Positions 28,006 through 39,646 of a stretch of 64,000 bases of DNA are shown one piece after another (position 1 is the first letter of the stretch; every line of letters begins with the position of its first letter). Source of the DNA: an uncultured Gemmatimonadales bacterium. GTDB taxonomy: Bacteria; Gemmatimonadota; Gemmatimonadetes; Gemmatimonadales; GWC2-71-9. The position numbers and the translations under genes were made by a program. The notes beneath the pieces are model-generated. The model was given only the letters and a program-made list of their open reading frames with translations. It ran no database searches and was not told where the DNA came from. The DNA is taken from contig CAVSQW010000002.1 of assembly GCA_963730185.1 (NCBI GenBank), forward strand, positions 160,001-224,000, read 5' to 3'.

Positions 28006-29631
28006 TCAACCGCCTGGCCGGCGGTCCGCCGAAACGATCCCGCATGCGAACCCGGCCGCCTCGTCCGTCGACCCCTGTCCCTGCCAGATCGCCTCCTTCG
28101 GCCAGGCGCAGACCGGGCGGCTGATTGCCACGGCCTTCGTGGGGTCGCTCGGCGGGGCGCCGAGACGGAGCCCGGTGCCGATGAGCTGCTCCGGGGCGGT
28201 GCCCGTCTCCACCCACCGGTCGAGCGCCGCCACCACGTCGCGCTCCGGATTGGGCGGACCGGCGGGCGGCAGCTCCTGGCCGAAGTCCGTCGGACCGATC
28301 CCGCCGGCGCAGTGGCCCATGCCCGGCACCATGAACAGCCGGTAGAAGTCCGGCGTATCGGGGCCGACCGTGGCCGTCACCTGCTCGTAGTACTCGACCG
28401 ACCCGGTCGCGGCGATCGCCGCGTCGCCCCAGCCGTGGTACTGGATCAGCTTCCCGCCGCGGTCACGGAACGGCCGGAGGTCGGGATCGGTGGCGTCGAG
28501 CTCGCCGCCCACCTTCTGGAGCGCCGTGTTCAGGTCGCGATCGAGGTCGAAGGTCCGGTAATCCCAGTCGGCCTGCCCGAACACGAAGTCGCGATAGAAG
28601 CCGATCCCGAACCAGGGGATCAACGGCAGCGGCTGGTTGGGGCTGGCCACCACCCAGAGGCTCCAGTTCCCCGGCACGGCTTCGGCGCCCGGGACCATGC
28701 CGGGATAGATCTGCCGGCCGGTCGCCGGGCTCACGGGGCCCTGATAGAGCTTCTCGAGGGCGGCCAGCTGGTCGGACGTGAGGCAATCGGGGCGGTCGGC
28801 GCCCGGGCAGCGGAGCGACGCCGGATCGAAGCGGCAGCGGGTCGGATTCTCGATCAGTCCGTCGGCCACCTGGTCGAGCCGGTCGCAGGCCGCCAGCGCG
28901 GCGGCCTGGATCGCGGCCAGCTTGGCCACCGGAATGGCGCTGCCCGGGGTCGCGGTGAGCGCCTGCCAGTCCCAGACGGCGGACGTCAGGAGGCGGGTCC
29001 AGTTGCTGGCGGGCGCGCCGGCCACGATCCCGTCGAAATCGGCCGGGTACCGCTGGGCCTCCATCAGCGCCTCGCGGCCTCCATCCGAGCATCCGACGAA
29101 ATAGGACTTGCTCGCCGCCTTGCCGTAGTACGCCTCGACCAGGGCCTTGGCGAACCCCGCCGTCAGGTGCACCGCGCGGTGGCCGAAGTCGACGACCTTC
29201 TCCGGGTGACCGATCGCGAACGTGGGGTCGCCGCCTTGGTGCCCGTCGTCGGTGCCCGCGGTCGCGTAGCCCCGAAGGAGCGCCGACGCGAGCGAGGACG
29301 ACGGGATGGTGCCCGCGTACCCGCCGTTGCCGACCTGCTCGAACTTGCCGTTCCAGGTGGACGGACTCGGCAGCCAGACCTCGAAGCGGATCTCGGAGTC
29401 GGCGGTGGGCGCCGCCACCGCCTGAACGCGGCAGTAGCCCGGGAGGTCGGTGTCGGAACCTGGCATGCCCTCGGCCGGGGCGGTGAAGCGCCCGGCCGCG
29501 ACGTCGGTCGCCGCGGTGATCCGGGCGCCGTCGAGCGTGACGCCGGCCAGGGCGGCGCAATCTCCGGGCGATGCGGACCGAGCGCAGCCGGCGGCCAGGC
29601 CCGTCAGGGCAAGAAGGACGAACGACCGCAT
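28006..29631 (-). CDS. Tannase/feruloyl esterase family lipoprotein
   Basis: Lipobox AAGC, WNGKF..GNGG, GCSDGGRE, HGWGD, PGMGHCAGG. Confidence 0.92.
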   Translation of the reverse strand: MRSFVLLALTGLAAGCARSASPGDCAALAGVTLDGARITAATDVAAGRFTAPAEGMPGSDTDLPGYCRVQAVAAPTADSEIRFEVWLPSPSTWNGKFEQVGNGGYAGTIPSSSLASALLRGYATAGTDDGHQGGDPTFAIGHPEKVVDFGHRAVHLTAGFAKALVEAYYGKAASKSYFVGCSDGGREALMEAQRYPADFDGIVAGAPASNWTRLLTSAVWDWQALTATPGSAIPVAKLAAIQAAALAACDRLDQVADGLIENPTRCRFDPASLRCPGADRPDCLTSDQLAALEKLYQGPVSPATGRQIYPGMVPGAEAVPGNWSLWVVASPNQPLPLIPWFGIGFYRDFVFGQADWDYRTFDLDRDLNTALQKVGGELDATDPDLRPFRDRGGKLIQYHGWGDAAIAATGSVEYYEQVTATVGPDTPDFYRLFMVPGMGHCAGGIGPTDFGQELPPAGPPNPERDVVAALDRWVETGTAPEQLIGTGLRLGAPPSDPTKAVAISRPVCAWPKEAIWQGQGSTDEAAGFACGIVSADRRPGG

Positions 29632-29889
29632 GGGCGACTCTCGGCGAGGGGTTCCCGAGAATCTACTCCTGCGGTCGCGTCGGTGGCACGTCGGGAGGCT
29701 TCCGCGATCGGGTCTCGGTGGCCCGATCGATTCACCCCCAAATGTGACTCTGAGAGTGACAAATGGGGGTGGTGAGACCTGCGACTGGCCGGGGGCGCTT
29801 CTCCTGGTGGCCCGAAGTGCCCGAGCGCTCGCTCCGACGGTGCCGCCGTCTTGCCCGACTGGTCGAGGTCGTCGTAGGCACGCGTGGAG

Positions 29890-30294
29890 CTACTGCCGCG
29901 TGAGGCTCAGTGTCCCCGACGAATTCGACCCGCTCGAGCAGCCGGTCTTGTCGACCAGGATCGGGCCGGTCATCGAGGCGCCGCCGGCGTCGATGGTCAG
30001 GACGCCGCTCCAGAGCTCGCAGCCGTGGCCCACGGCCCACGTGAAGGTCCGGTCCGCCTGGCTGACCGTGCCGGTCAGCGGCTCGCCGTTGATGAAGCCC
30101 GCCGAGGTCCTGAGAGTGCCGGAGACGGCGCCGCCGGTCTGGTCGAGGGTCGCATAGGTGGTGAAGCCGCTGTTGAAGCTCATCACGCCGCTCCACTCAC
30201 CGCTGAGGTCGAGGGCGTCGGGGCCGGTGGATCCACAGGCGGCGAGGAGGCAGAGCGCGAGGGGGGATAGCCAGCGCGTGAGGGACGGGCGCAT
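29890..30294 (-). CDS. Small lipoprotein
   Basis: Lipobox LAAC, DLSGEWSG beta-rich domain, two Cys. Confidence 0.7.
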   Translation of the reverse strand: MRPSLTRWLSPLALCLLAACGSTGPDALDLSGEWSGVMSFNSGFTTYATLDQTGGAVSGTLRTSAGFINGEPLTGTVSQADRTFTWAVGHGCELWSGVLTIDAGGASMTGPILVDKTGCSSGSNSSGTLSLTRQ

Positions 30295-30425
30295 GGGGAA
30301 GCTCCGCGGGACGAGGGAAGTGGGTGGGACCGAACGCCCCATCTCGCCGTTGGAAGCGACGCCCGGGGCCTGATCCCCTCATCGGGGCGAGGCCACCCAG
30401 TGCCTCCGCTGCGCCGGCCCAGTCC

Positions 30426-31028
30426 TCAGGCCTCCTCGCCGGGCGGATCCCAGCCGCCTCTGGCCACGATCTCCCGCGCCTCCCGCCGCCCGGCCGCCAG
30501 CGCGAACCCGGCCGACAGCGCCAGCGCCGCCAGCGTCGGCCCGAGGTGCTGCCGGACGACGTCGGACGCCGCGCGGCCGGTGAGCGGGCCGGCGAGCGTA
30601 ATCGCGAACCCCAGTGCCGCGGCGACGACGTGGCTGGTGACTTGAAGGCGCGCGACCGCCTCCACCCAGGCCCGGAGCTTGGGATCGTCGGGGTCCTCGG
30701 CCGCGATGATCGTCGGGACGATCAGGCTCGCGACCGGCAGCCAGGCCACCATGACGATCCCGAACACCAGGCTTCCCACGCTCTTGAGGAGGACCAGCGC
30801 GGTGATGATCGTCCCGACCGTGGCGCCGTCGCCGCGACGGACCGCGGGCGGGATCCGCGTCAGCGGCCAGGTCCGCTCGAGCGCGCGCCGCTTCCGGGCA
30901 TGCGACAACTCGCCAAGCCGGCGGAGCCGGGGATGATCGAGCAGGCGCTGCCCGAGCCGCAACGCGCCCAGCGACGCCGCTTCCGACAGCGCGACGGCGG
31001 CGAGCAGGACCATCGAGAAGGAGTGCAT
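30426..31028 (-). CDS. Hypothetical membrane protein
   Basis: Several hydrophobic segments and coding-like codon usage. Start uncertain. Confidence 0.55.
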   Translation of the reverse strand: MHSFSMVLLAAVALSEAASLGALRLGQRLLDHPRLRRLGELSHARKRRALERTWPLTRIPPAVRRGDGATVGTIITALVLLKSVGSLVFGIVMVAWLPVASLIVPTIIAAEDPDDPKLRAWVEAVARLQVTSHVVAAALGFAITLAGPLTGRAASDVVRQHLGPTLAALALSAGFALAAGRREAREIVARGGWDPPGEEA

Positions 31029-31139
31029 GGCTTCGATACATTCGCCCAATGTCGCCCGGAGCGCCATCCGGGACGTCTCGGTCACCTGCGGTGGTGCTCG
31101 TGCATCGTTGGCCCGATCGCACTAGGTTGCGTAGCAACG

Positions 31140-32978
31140 ATGACCGAGCACATCCCTACCGTCATCGCGCCCGACCATGCGCAGCTGGCCCTCGAGGTCG
31201 CCGGCCGGATCGACCGCCTGATCCGTACCCGCGCCGCCGAGGGACGCACCGCCGTGCTCGGGCTGGCCACCGGCTCCACCCCGATCGGCGTCTATCGGGA
31301 GCTGATCCGGCTGCCACCGCGAGGAGGGGCTCTCCTTCGCGAGCGTGGTCACCTTCAACCTCGACGAGTACTACCCGATGGACCCGGGCAACGTGCATTC
31401 GTACCACCGGTTCATGTGGGAGAATCTCTTCGACCACGTCGACATCGCCCCGGAGCAGGTCCACATCCCGCGCGGAGACCTCCCCCGGGCCGAGGCCGCA
31501 CGCTACTGCGCCGGGTACGAGGACGCGATTCGCGGCAGCCGGCGGGATCGACCTGCAGCTGCTGGGCATCGGCAAGACCGGGCACATCGGCTTCAACGAG
31601 CCCGGCTCGGGGCAGGGAAGCCGGACGCGGCTCATCACCCTCGACACCATCACCCGGAAGGACGCCGCCGCCGACTTCTTCGGCGAGGAGTTCGTGCCCC
31701 GCCAGGCGATCACGATGGGCATCGCCACGATCCTGGAGGCCCGGGCGATCGCCATTCTCGCCACCGGCGAGCACAAGGCCGCCATCGTCCGCCGGGCGGT
31801 CGAGGGCGAGATCGACACCGAGGTCGCCGCCACGTTCCTCCAGCGGCACGCCGACACCACCTTCTACCTCGACCCGGCCGCCGCCGCGGACCTGACCCGC
31901 GGTCGCCACGCCCTGGCTGCTGGACGAGGTGGAGTGGGACGACGACCTGGCGGTCCGCGCCGTGACCTGGCTCTCGCTCGAGACCGGCCGGGCCATCCTG
32001 AAGCTGACCCAGCGCGACTACGCCGAGCACAAGCTGTCGGCCCTGGTGTCCCGGCACGGCTCCGCGGGCGCCGTGAACGGCCTGATCTTCAACGCCCTCG
32101 GCGCCAAGATCCGGGGCCGTTCCAAGCTCCCGCGCGAGAAGCGGATCGTGGTCTTTTCGCCGCATCCCGACGACGACGTGATCTCGATGGGTGGGATCCT
32201 GGCCAAGCTGGTGGCCAACGGAAATCGGATCACCGTTGCCTACATGACGAGCGGCAACATCGCCGTCTTCGATCACGACGTCCGTCGCTATCTCGACTTC
32301 CTCGACCGGCTGGCGTCCGAGCGTGGGGTGGCGGCAGGGGCGGTGGCCGAGCTGGGAGCCAAGGTGCGGGCGTTCTTCGAGAGGAAGAGCGCGGGCGAGG
32401 TGGACATTCCCGAGGTCCAGGACCTGAAGCGGATGATTCGGGCCTCGGAGGCGGTGAGCGCGATCGAGGCCATCGGTCTGGGGCCCGACGCGGCGGTGTT
32501 CATGGACCTGCCGTTCTACCGCACCGGCGAAGTGCGGAAGGCCCCGATCTCCGAGGCCGACGTGACCCAGGTCCGGCGGCTCCTGGAGGACACCGAGCCC
32601 GAGCTGGCCTTCGTCGCCGGCGACCTGTCCGATCCCCACGGCACCCACCGAATGTGCAAGGAGGCGATCGACCGGGCGTTGGTGGGCCTGGCGAAGCCGC
32701 CGGAAGTCTGGCTCTACCGCGGCGCCTGGCAGGAGTGGCCGGTCACCGAGGCGACCTGGCTGGTCCCGCTTTCGCAGGAAGAGCTCCAGACCAAGATCCA
32801 GGCGATCTTCAAGCACCAGTCGCAGAAGGACTCCGCGCCCTTTCCGGGTCAGGACGACCGGGAGTTCTGGCAACGGGTCGAGACCCGCAACAAGGAGACG
32901 GCGACCCTGCTCGACCGTTTGGGTCTGGCCGAGTACTTCGCGATGGAGGCCTACGTGGTGGACGGCGCGCCGGCATGA
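31140..32978 (+). pseudogene. nagB: Long-form glucosamine-6-phosphate deaminase with PIG-L-like C-terminal domain, three +1 frameshifts (possibly assembly errors)
   Basis: LGLATGSTP, TFNLDEY, LLGIGKTGHIGFNEPG, FSPHPDDD, DLSDPHGTH, IFKHQSQKD spread over three frames. Extra bases at ~31314, ~31533 and ~31899. Confidence 0.85.
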
Positions 32979-34246
32979 TTCGAGTGGTCGTCGTGGGCGC
33001 CGGCGCCCGAGGCAATCGGGTCTTCGCCGATCTGATCACGCGCTACGACACGGGGTTCTCTCTCGCTGGCGTGGTCGAGCCGGTCGAGGCTCGTCGGACC
33101 GCGTTCCAGGAGCGGTTCGGGATCCCCGCCGAGCTGGGCTTTCGCTCGCTCGAGGAGTTCCTCGCGGCACCCCGGTTTGCCGACATCGTCTTCATCTGCA
33201 CGCTGGATCCGACTCACTACGAGATCTGCACGGCGGTCTCGGAAGCCGGCTATGACGTGCTGCTGGAGAAGCCGATCGCCACGACGCTCCAGGACTGCCT
33301 CGCGCTGGTTGCGGCGGAGCGCCGGTGCCGGAACCGGATCTTCGTGGCGCACGGTCTCCGGTACTCGCCGTTCTTCCGCCGGATCAAGCAAATCGTCGAC
33401 AGCGGCGAGTACGGCGCCGTGCGTCACCTGGCGATCCGGGAGAACGTGGGACACTGGCACTTCGCCCATAGCTACGTGCGCGGCAACTGGCGGCGGGCCG
33501 CCGACTGTGCCCCGATCATCCTGACCAAGTGCTCGCACGACCTCGACATCGCCTCGTGGCTGGTCCCCGAGCGGGTGGTCGCGGTCTCGTCGGTGGGCGG
33601 ACTCTCCTACTTCCGCCCGGAGAACGCCCCGGAAGGCGCCGCGGCGCGATGCGTCGACTGCCGGCTCGAGTCGACCTGCCGCTACAGCGCCTCGCGGTTC
33701 TACCTCCGTGACGACGCCGGCTGGCCGTTCGATACGATCGTGGCGCCACCGGACTCGCGCGAGGCACGCCGGGAGGCGGTGGTCACCGGGCCCTACGGGC
33801 GCTGCGTCTGGCATTGCGACAACGACGTGTGCGACAACCAGACCGTGGTGCTCGAGTTCGACTCAGGGCTCCACGCCACGGTGGGGCTCTACGCGCTGAC
33901 CGCCGACACCACCCGCAAGGTGACGATCCTGCTGGACGAGGCGGAGATCACCGGCGACCTCTACCGGGAGCGGCTCCGGGTCTCCCGGTTCACGGGGGAG
34001 CCGGGTCGGCTCGACGAGCGGGAGCTCGATCTGCCAACCGCCGAGGATCGGCACGGGGGCGGTGACCTAGGGCTGCTCAAGGCGCTGGGTGAGCACCTCC
34101 GATCGGGCGCGCACAAGGAGATCGTGAGTTCGCTCGCGTCGTCGGTGCAGAGCCACGTGCTGGCGTTCCTGGCCGAGGACTCCCGAGCGGCCGGCGGCGC
34201 TAGGCTTCCGGTGTCGGACGCATTCGTACCCGAGCCGTTCATGTAG
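32975..34246 (+). CDS. Gfo/Idh/MocA oxidoreductase
   Basis: VVGAGARG, LLEKPIA, HSYVRGNWR, KCSHDLD, YGRCVWHCDNDVCDNQ, HGGGD. ATGA overlap with nagB. Confidence 0.9.
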   Translation: MIRVVVVGAGARGNRVFADLITRYDTGFSLAGVVEPVEARRTAFQERFGIPAELGFRSLEEFLAAPRFADIVFICTLDPTHYEICTAVSEAGYDVLLEKPIATTLQDCLALVAAERRCRNRIFVAHGLRYSPFFRRIKQIVDSGEYGAVRHLAIRENVGHWHFAHSYVRGNWRRAADCAPIILTKCSHDLDIASWLVPERVVAVSSVGGLSYFRPENAPEGAAARCVDCRLESTCRYSASRFYLRDDAGWPFDTIVAPPDSREARREAVVTGPYGRCVWHCDNDVCDNQTVVLEFDSGLHATVGLYALTADTTRKVTILLDEAEITGDLYRERLRVSRFTGEPGRLDERELDLPTAEDRHGGGDLGLLKALGEHLRSGAHKEIVSSLASSVQSHVLAFLAEDSRAAGGARLPVSDAFVPEPFM

Positions 34247-34274
34247 CGATCTTCCCCACCGAAAGGGCATCGGA

Positions 34275-35222
34275 ATGACCCGTCGAGTGAGCCTCGCCTT
34301 AGGCGCGGGGATCGCCGTCAGCCTGCTGTCGAGTCCGTTGGCCGCGCAGCTCCAGGTCCAGGTGCTGCCCGTGGAGGTCCATCGGCTGGTGTCGAAGGCC
34401 GTCGGCGACTCGTTCGAGATCCGGGTCCTCCTCCCGCCGATGATCCCGGGGGAGAAGACCCGGTTTCCGGTCGTCTACATGACCGACGTCAACGGGGGGT
34501 TCATCGACGAGGACGGACTCCGGCTGTTGATGATGGGCGACACCCCCCGGTTCATCGCGGTGGGGATTGGCTACCCCGGCGCGACGAGCATTCTGCAGAC
34601 GCTCGCCATCCGGGCCCGGGATTTGACCCCGGTCCGGGTCAAAGATGCCAACACTGGCTTCGGGGTGCCGATGGCTGGCACTCTCGAGCCCGCGGTGGGG
34701 AACGGCGGGGCGGCGAAGTTCCTGGCCTTCATGCGCGACGAGCTGATGCCCTTCATCGACGCCCGCTACCCGACCGATCCCAACGATCGGGGCTATTGGG
34801 GCGACTCGCTGGGTGGGCTGTTCGGCTGCTACGTGTTGTTCACCGAGCCGGAGACCTTCAACCGGTACGTCATCGGCAGTCCGTCGCTCTGGTGGGCCAA
34901 CGAGCAGGTGCTCGCCCTGGCAGAGGCGTACGGCAAGACCCACGACGACCTTCGGGCCGACGTCTTCGTCGGCGTCGGTGGGCTCGAGGAAGGCACCCAG
35001 CTGTCCAGCTTCCGGATGGTGACCAACGTGCTCCGACTGGAGCGAATGCTCCGGGCCAAGCGCTATCCCGGCCTTCAGCTGACCACCCGGGTCTTTCCCG
35101 ACGAGACCCACGTCACGGTGGCCGGGATGAACCTGGTGCGCGGGCTGGTGTCGGTGTTCGGGCCGGTGCGGCCGGAGGACGGTCTGCTGGCCAAGTATGC
35201 GGAGATGACGAAGCGCCGTTGA
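34275..35222 (+). CDS. Secreted alpha/beta esterase (IroE-like)
   Basis: RARDLTP, GGAAKFLAF..ELMP, GDSLGG nucleophile elbow, SPSLWW, ETH. Confidence 0.85.
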   Translation: MTRRVSLALGAGIAVSLLSSPLAAQLQVQVLPVEVHRLVSKAVGDSFEIRVLLPPMIPGEKTRFPVVYMTDVNGGFIDEDGLRLLMMGDTPRFIAVGIGYPGATSILQTLAIRARDLTPVRVKDANTGFGVPMAGTLEPAVGNGGAAKFLAFMRDELMPFIDARYPTDPNDRGYWGDSLGGLFGCYVLFTEPETFNRYVIGSPSLWWANEQVLALAEAYGKTHDDLRADVFVGVGGLEEGTQLSSFRMVTNVLRLERMLRAKRYPGLQLTTRVFPDETHVTVAGMNLVRGLVSVFGPVRPEDGLLAKYAEMTKRR

Positions 35223-35302
35223 GGCCGATGAGGCCGGCCGGGGCGACCACGACCGCTCGCCGCCGGCGTGGGGCACCGGCGGCGGGCGTCGCGGCTGGTG
35301 GG

Positions 35303-35515
35303 CTACGCCTTGACCCGCGTCACGTTCTCCGCGGCCGGGCCCTTTTGGCCCTGCACCATGTCGAACTCGACCATCTCACCCTCGGCCAGGCTCTTGAAGC
35401 CCTCGCCCTGGATCGCGCTGTGGTGGACGAAGCAGTCCTTTGCGCCGTCGGACGGAGTGATGAATCCAAACCCCTTGGCGTCGTTGAACCACTTCACAGT
35501 GCCCTTGACTCGCAT
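35303..35515 (-). CDS. csp: Cold-shock protein
   Basis: [15 protein letters not shown]...FVHHSAI...[10 protein letters not shown], 70 aa, GAGGAG RBS. Confidence 0.97.
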   Translation of the reverse strand: MRVKGTVKWFNDAKGFGFITPSDGAKDCFVHHSAIQGEGFKSLAEGEMVEFDMVQGQKGPAAENVTRVKA

Positions 35516-35641
35516 CGTACCCACTCCTCGTTTGGTGGCGGCAGCTCGGCTGGCTCCCGCCTCGGCCCGTGCAGACCCCACGGCAGGTGTTCCGGGCAAC
35601 GATCGGGGCATCCGGCCGCTGCACGTGACCGTACGAACTCG

Positions 35642-35664
35642 AAAAGGCCCGGCGACGCCGGGCC
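35642..35664 (-). terminator. Intrinsic terminator-like hairpin in the katG-csp interval
   Basis: Minus strand GGCCCGGC-GTC-GCCGGGCC-TTTT. Confidence 0.55.
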
Positions 35665-35703
35665 CTTTACACCTCGCTCGGAACTGGTAACGATCACTGC
35701 AAG

Positions 35704-35733
35704 AACGTACCTGTCGACCGATCGGTCGCGCAA
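35704..35733 (-). promoter_or_regulatory. Putative sigma-70 promoter of csp
   Basis: TTGCGC-N18-TACGTT with the palindrome CGACCGATCGGTCG filling most of the spacer. Confidence 0.45.
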
Positions 35734-35774
35734 GACCCGCCGTCCGATCCGGGCCCCCGGGCACCGCGTCCCGA

Positions 35775-38039
<2,265 letters not shown>

Positions 38040-38105
38040 AGTAGGATGTCGCCGCACTCGCGGCTCGTTACCAACTCGTCACCAAGGCCCTTCCCGGATT
38101 CGCCG

Positions 38106-38543
38106 ATGCCGTCATCGCCGTCCGCCGAGCGCTACGCCCATCTCCGGGAGGAGTGCGTCCGCCGTGGCCTTCGCTTGACCCCTCAGCGTGAGGTGCTGCT
38201 TCGGATCTTGAGTGACACGATGGGCCACCCCACGGCCGACGATCTGGTCCGGCAGGTTCGTGAGGTGTTGCCCACGATCTCTCACGCCACGGTCTATCGG
38301 AACCTGCAGGAGTTGGTCAAGGAAGGCCTGATCAGGACGTTGGACCGGGCCGGCGCGGCGGCGCAGTTCGAGGTGAACCCCGATGAGCACCATCACTTCG
38401 TCTGCCGGAAGTGCGGGCAGGTCTGGGATGTCTACCTGTCGACCGTCGACGTGAAGGTCAACCGCCGCCGGACCGCGATCGAGGGATTTCAGGTCGACCG
38501 GCGGGAGGTCCAGCTGCACGGCCTCTGCGCCGGGTGCCGATAG
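38106..38543 (+). CDS. Fur family regulator (PerR-like)
   Basis: LRLTPQR, HPTA, ATVYRNL, HHHFVCRKC, GLCAGC. Divergent from katG. Confidence 0.9.
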   Translation: MPSSPSAERYAHLREECVRRGLRLTPQREVLLRILSDTMGHPTADDLVRQVREVLPTISHATVYRNLQELVKEGLIRTLDRAGAAAQFEVNPDEHHHFVCRKCGQVWDVYLSTVDVKVNRRRTAIEGFQVDRREVQLHGLCAGCR

Positions 38544-38612
38544 CCCTTTCCGGCCCTCCGTCCCGGGCAACTCGATGACAGCGGCCCGGCTGTCCGGGTG
38601 TAGTTTGGCCCC

Positions 38613-39509
38613 ATGAATCATCCCTACTATCTCTGCGACGTGTTCACCGATACCCCCTTCACCGGCAATCAACTCGCCGTGCTACCCGAGGCGGAGGGCC
38701 TGTCGGAGGAGCGGATGCAGCAGATCGCCAAGGAGTTCAACTTCTCCGAGACCGCGTTCGTCTTGCCGCCGGAGCAGGGGCACACTCGCCGGGTCCGGAT
38801 CTTCACGCCGGTCGCGGAGCTGCCGTTCGCGGGGCATCCGAACATCGGCACGGCGTTCGTGCTGGCGACCATCGGCGCCTTCGGACCGGTCGACGCGCCA
38901 ATCACGGTGACCTTCGAGGAGCGGGCCGGACTGGTGCCGATCACCGTTCTGAGCGGGGCGGGCTCCCTGATCTGCGAGCTGGCCGCGCCGGAGCGGCTCT
39001 CGCTCGGCGCCACCTTCCCGGTCGAGGCCGTGGCCGCCGCCGTGTCGCTCGCTCCGGCCGACCTCGTGATCACGACCCACCGGCCTCAGGTGGCGTCGGT
39101 CGGCGTTCCCTTCCTCATGGTCGAGCTGGCCGGCCGGGCAGCGCTTGCCCGGGCCCGGGTCGATCCAGCCGGCCTCGCGGCGCTGGCCCGCTTGGGCTTC
39201 GCCCGCGGGATCCATCTCTACATCCGGAGCCGCGACGATCTCGACCTTCGAGCCCGGATGTTCGACCCCCATGGTGGCGTGACGGAGGATCCGGCGACCG
39301 GCAGCGCGAACGGCGCCCTGGCCGGACTGCTGCGTCACTACGGCGACCCCGCGGACGGCCCCGGCTCCTGGCGGATCGGGCAGGGGGCCGAGATGGGGCG
39401 TTCGAGCCGGCTCACGGCGTCGGCCGAGCAGCGAGACGGCGTCGTCGTGACCACCCGGGTCGGCGGGGGGTGCGTCCTCGTCGGGAGTGGGGAGCTCTAC
39501 GTCGGGTAG
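38613..39509 (+). CDS. PhzF family isomerase
   Basis: DVFT..F.GNQLAV, NFSETAF, ELPFAGHP, EDPATGSA. Confidence 0.92.
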   Translation: MNHPYYLCDVFTDTPFTGNQLAVLPEAEGLSEERMQQIAKEFNFSETAFVLPPEQGHTRRVRIFTPVAELPFAGHPNIGTAFVLATIGAFGPVDAPITVTFEERAGLVPITVLSGAGSLICELAAPERLSLGATFPVEAVAAAVSLAPADLVITTHRPQVASVGVPFLMVELAGRAALARARVDPAGLAALARLGFARGIHLYIRSRDDLDLRARMFDPHGGVTEDPATGSANGALAGLLRHYGDPADGPGSWRIGQGAEMGRSSRLTASAEQRDGVVVTTRVGGGCVLVGSGELYVG

Positions 39510-39646
39510 GGGCAAGAGGAAGTCCTGCTGCCGGATCCGACGACCATCGGTTGCCCCCGGGTCGGCCGCGCCTGACACTGAAGACGAGCGCGATGATCGA
39601 ACGGGCGGAATACCCCCGGGCCTGCGGAGGAGCTTGAACGAAGCGG

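Noticed and set aside
31893..31895. In-frame TGA between the nagB start frame and its C-terminal half, suggesting selenocysteine read-through given selB
   Set aside because: That frame is nonsense between ~31314 and ~31899. The conserved motifs lie in the other two frames, so frameshifts explain it.
31049..34246. 1065-aa NagB-oxidoreductase fusion
   Set aside because: Artefact of the nagB frameshifts. The oxidoreductase has its own ATG at 32975.
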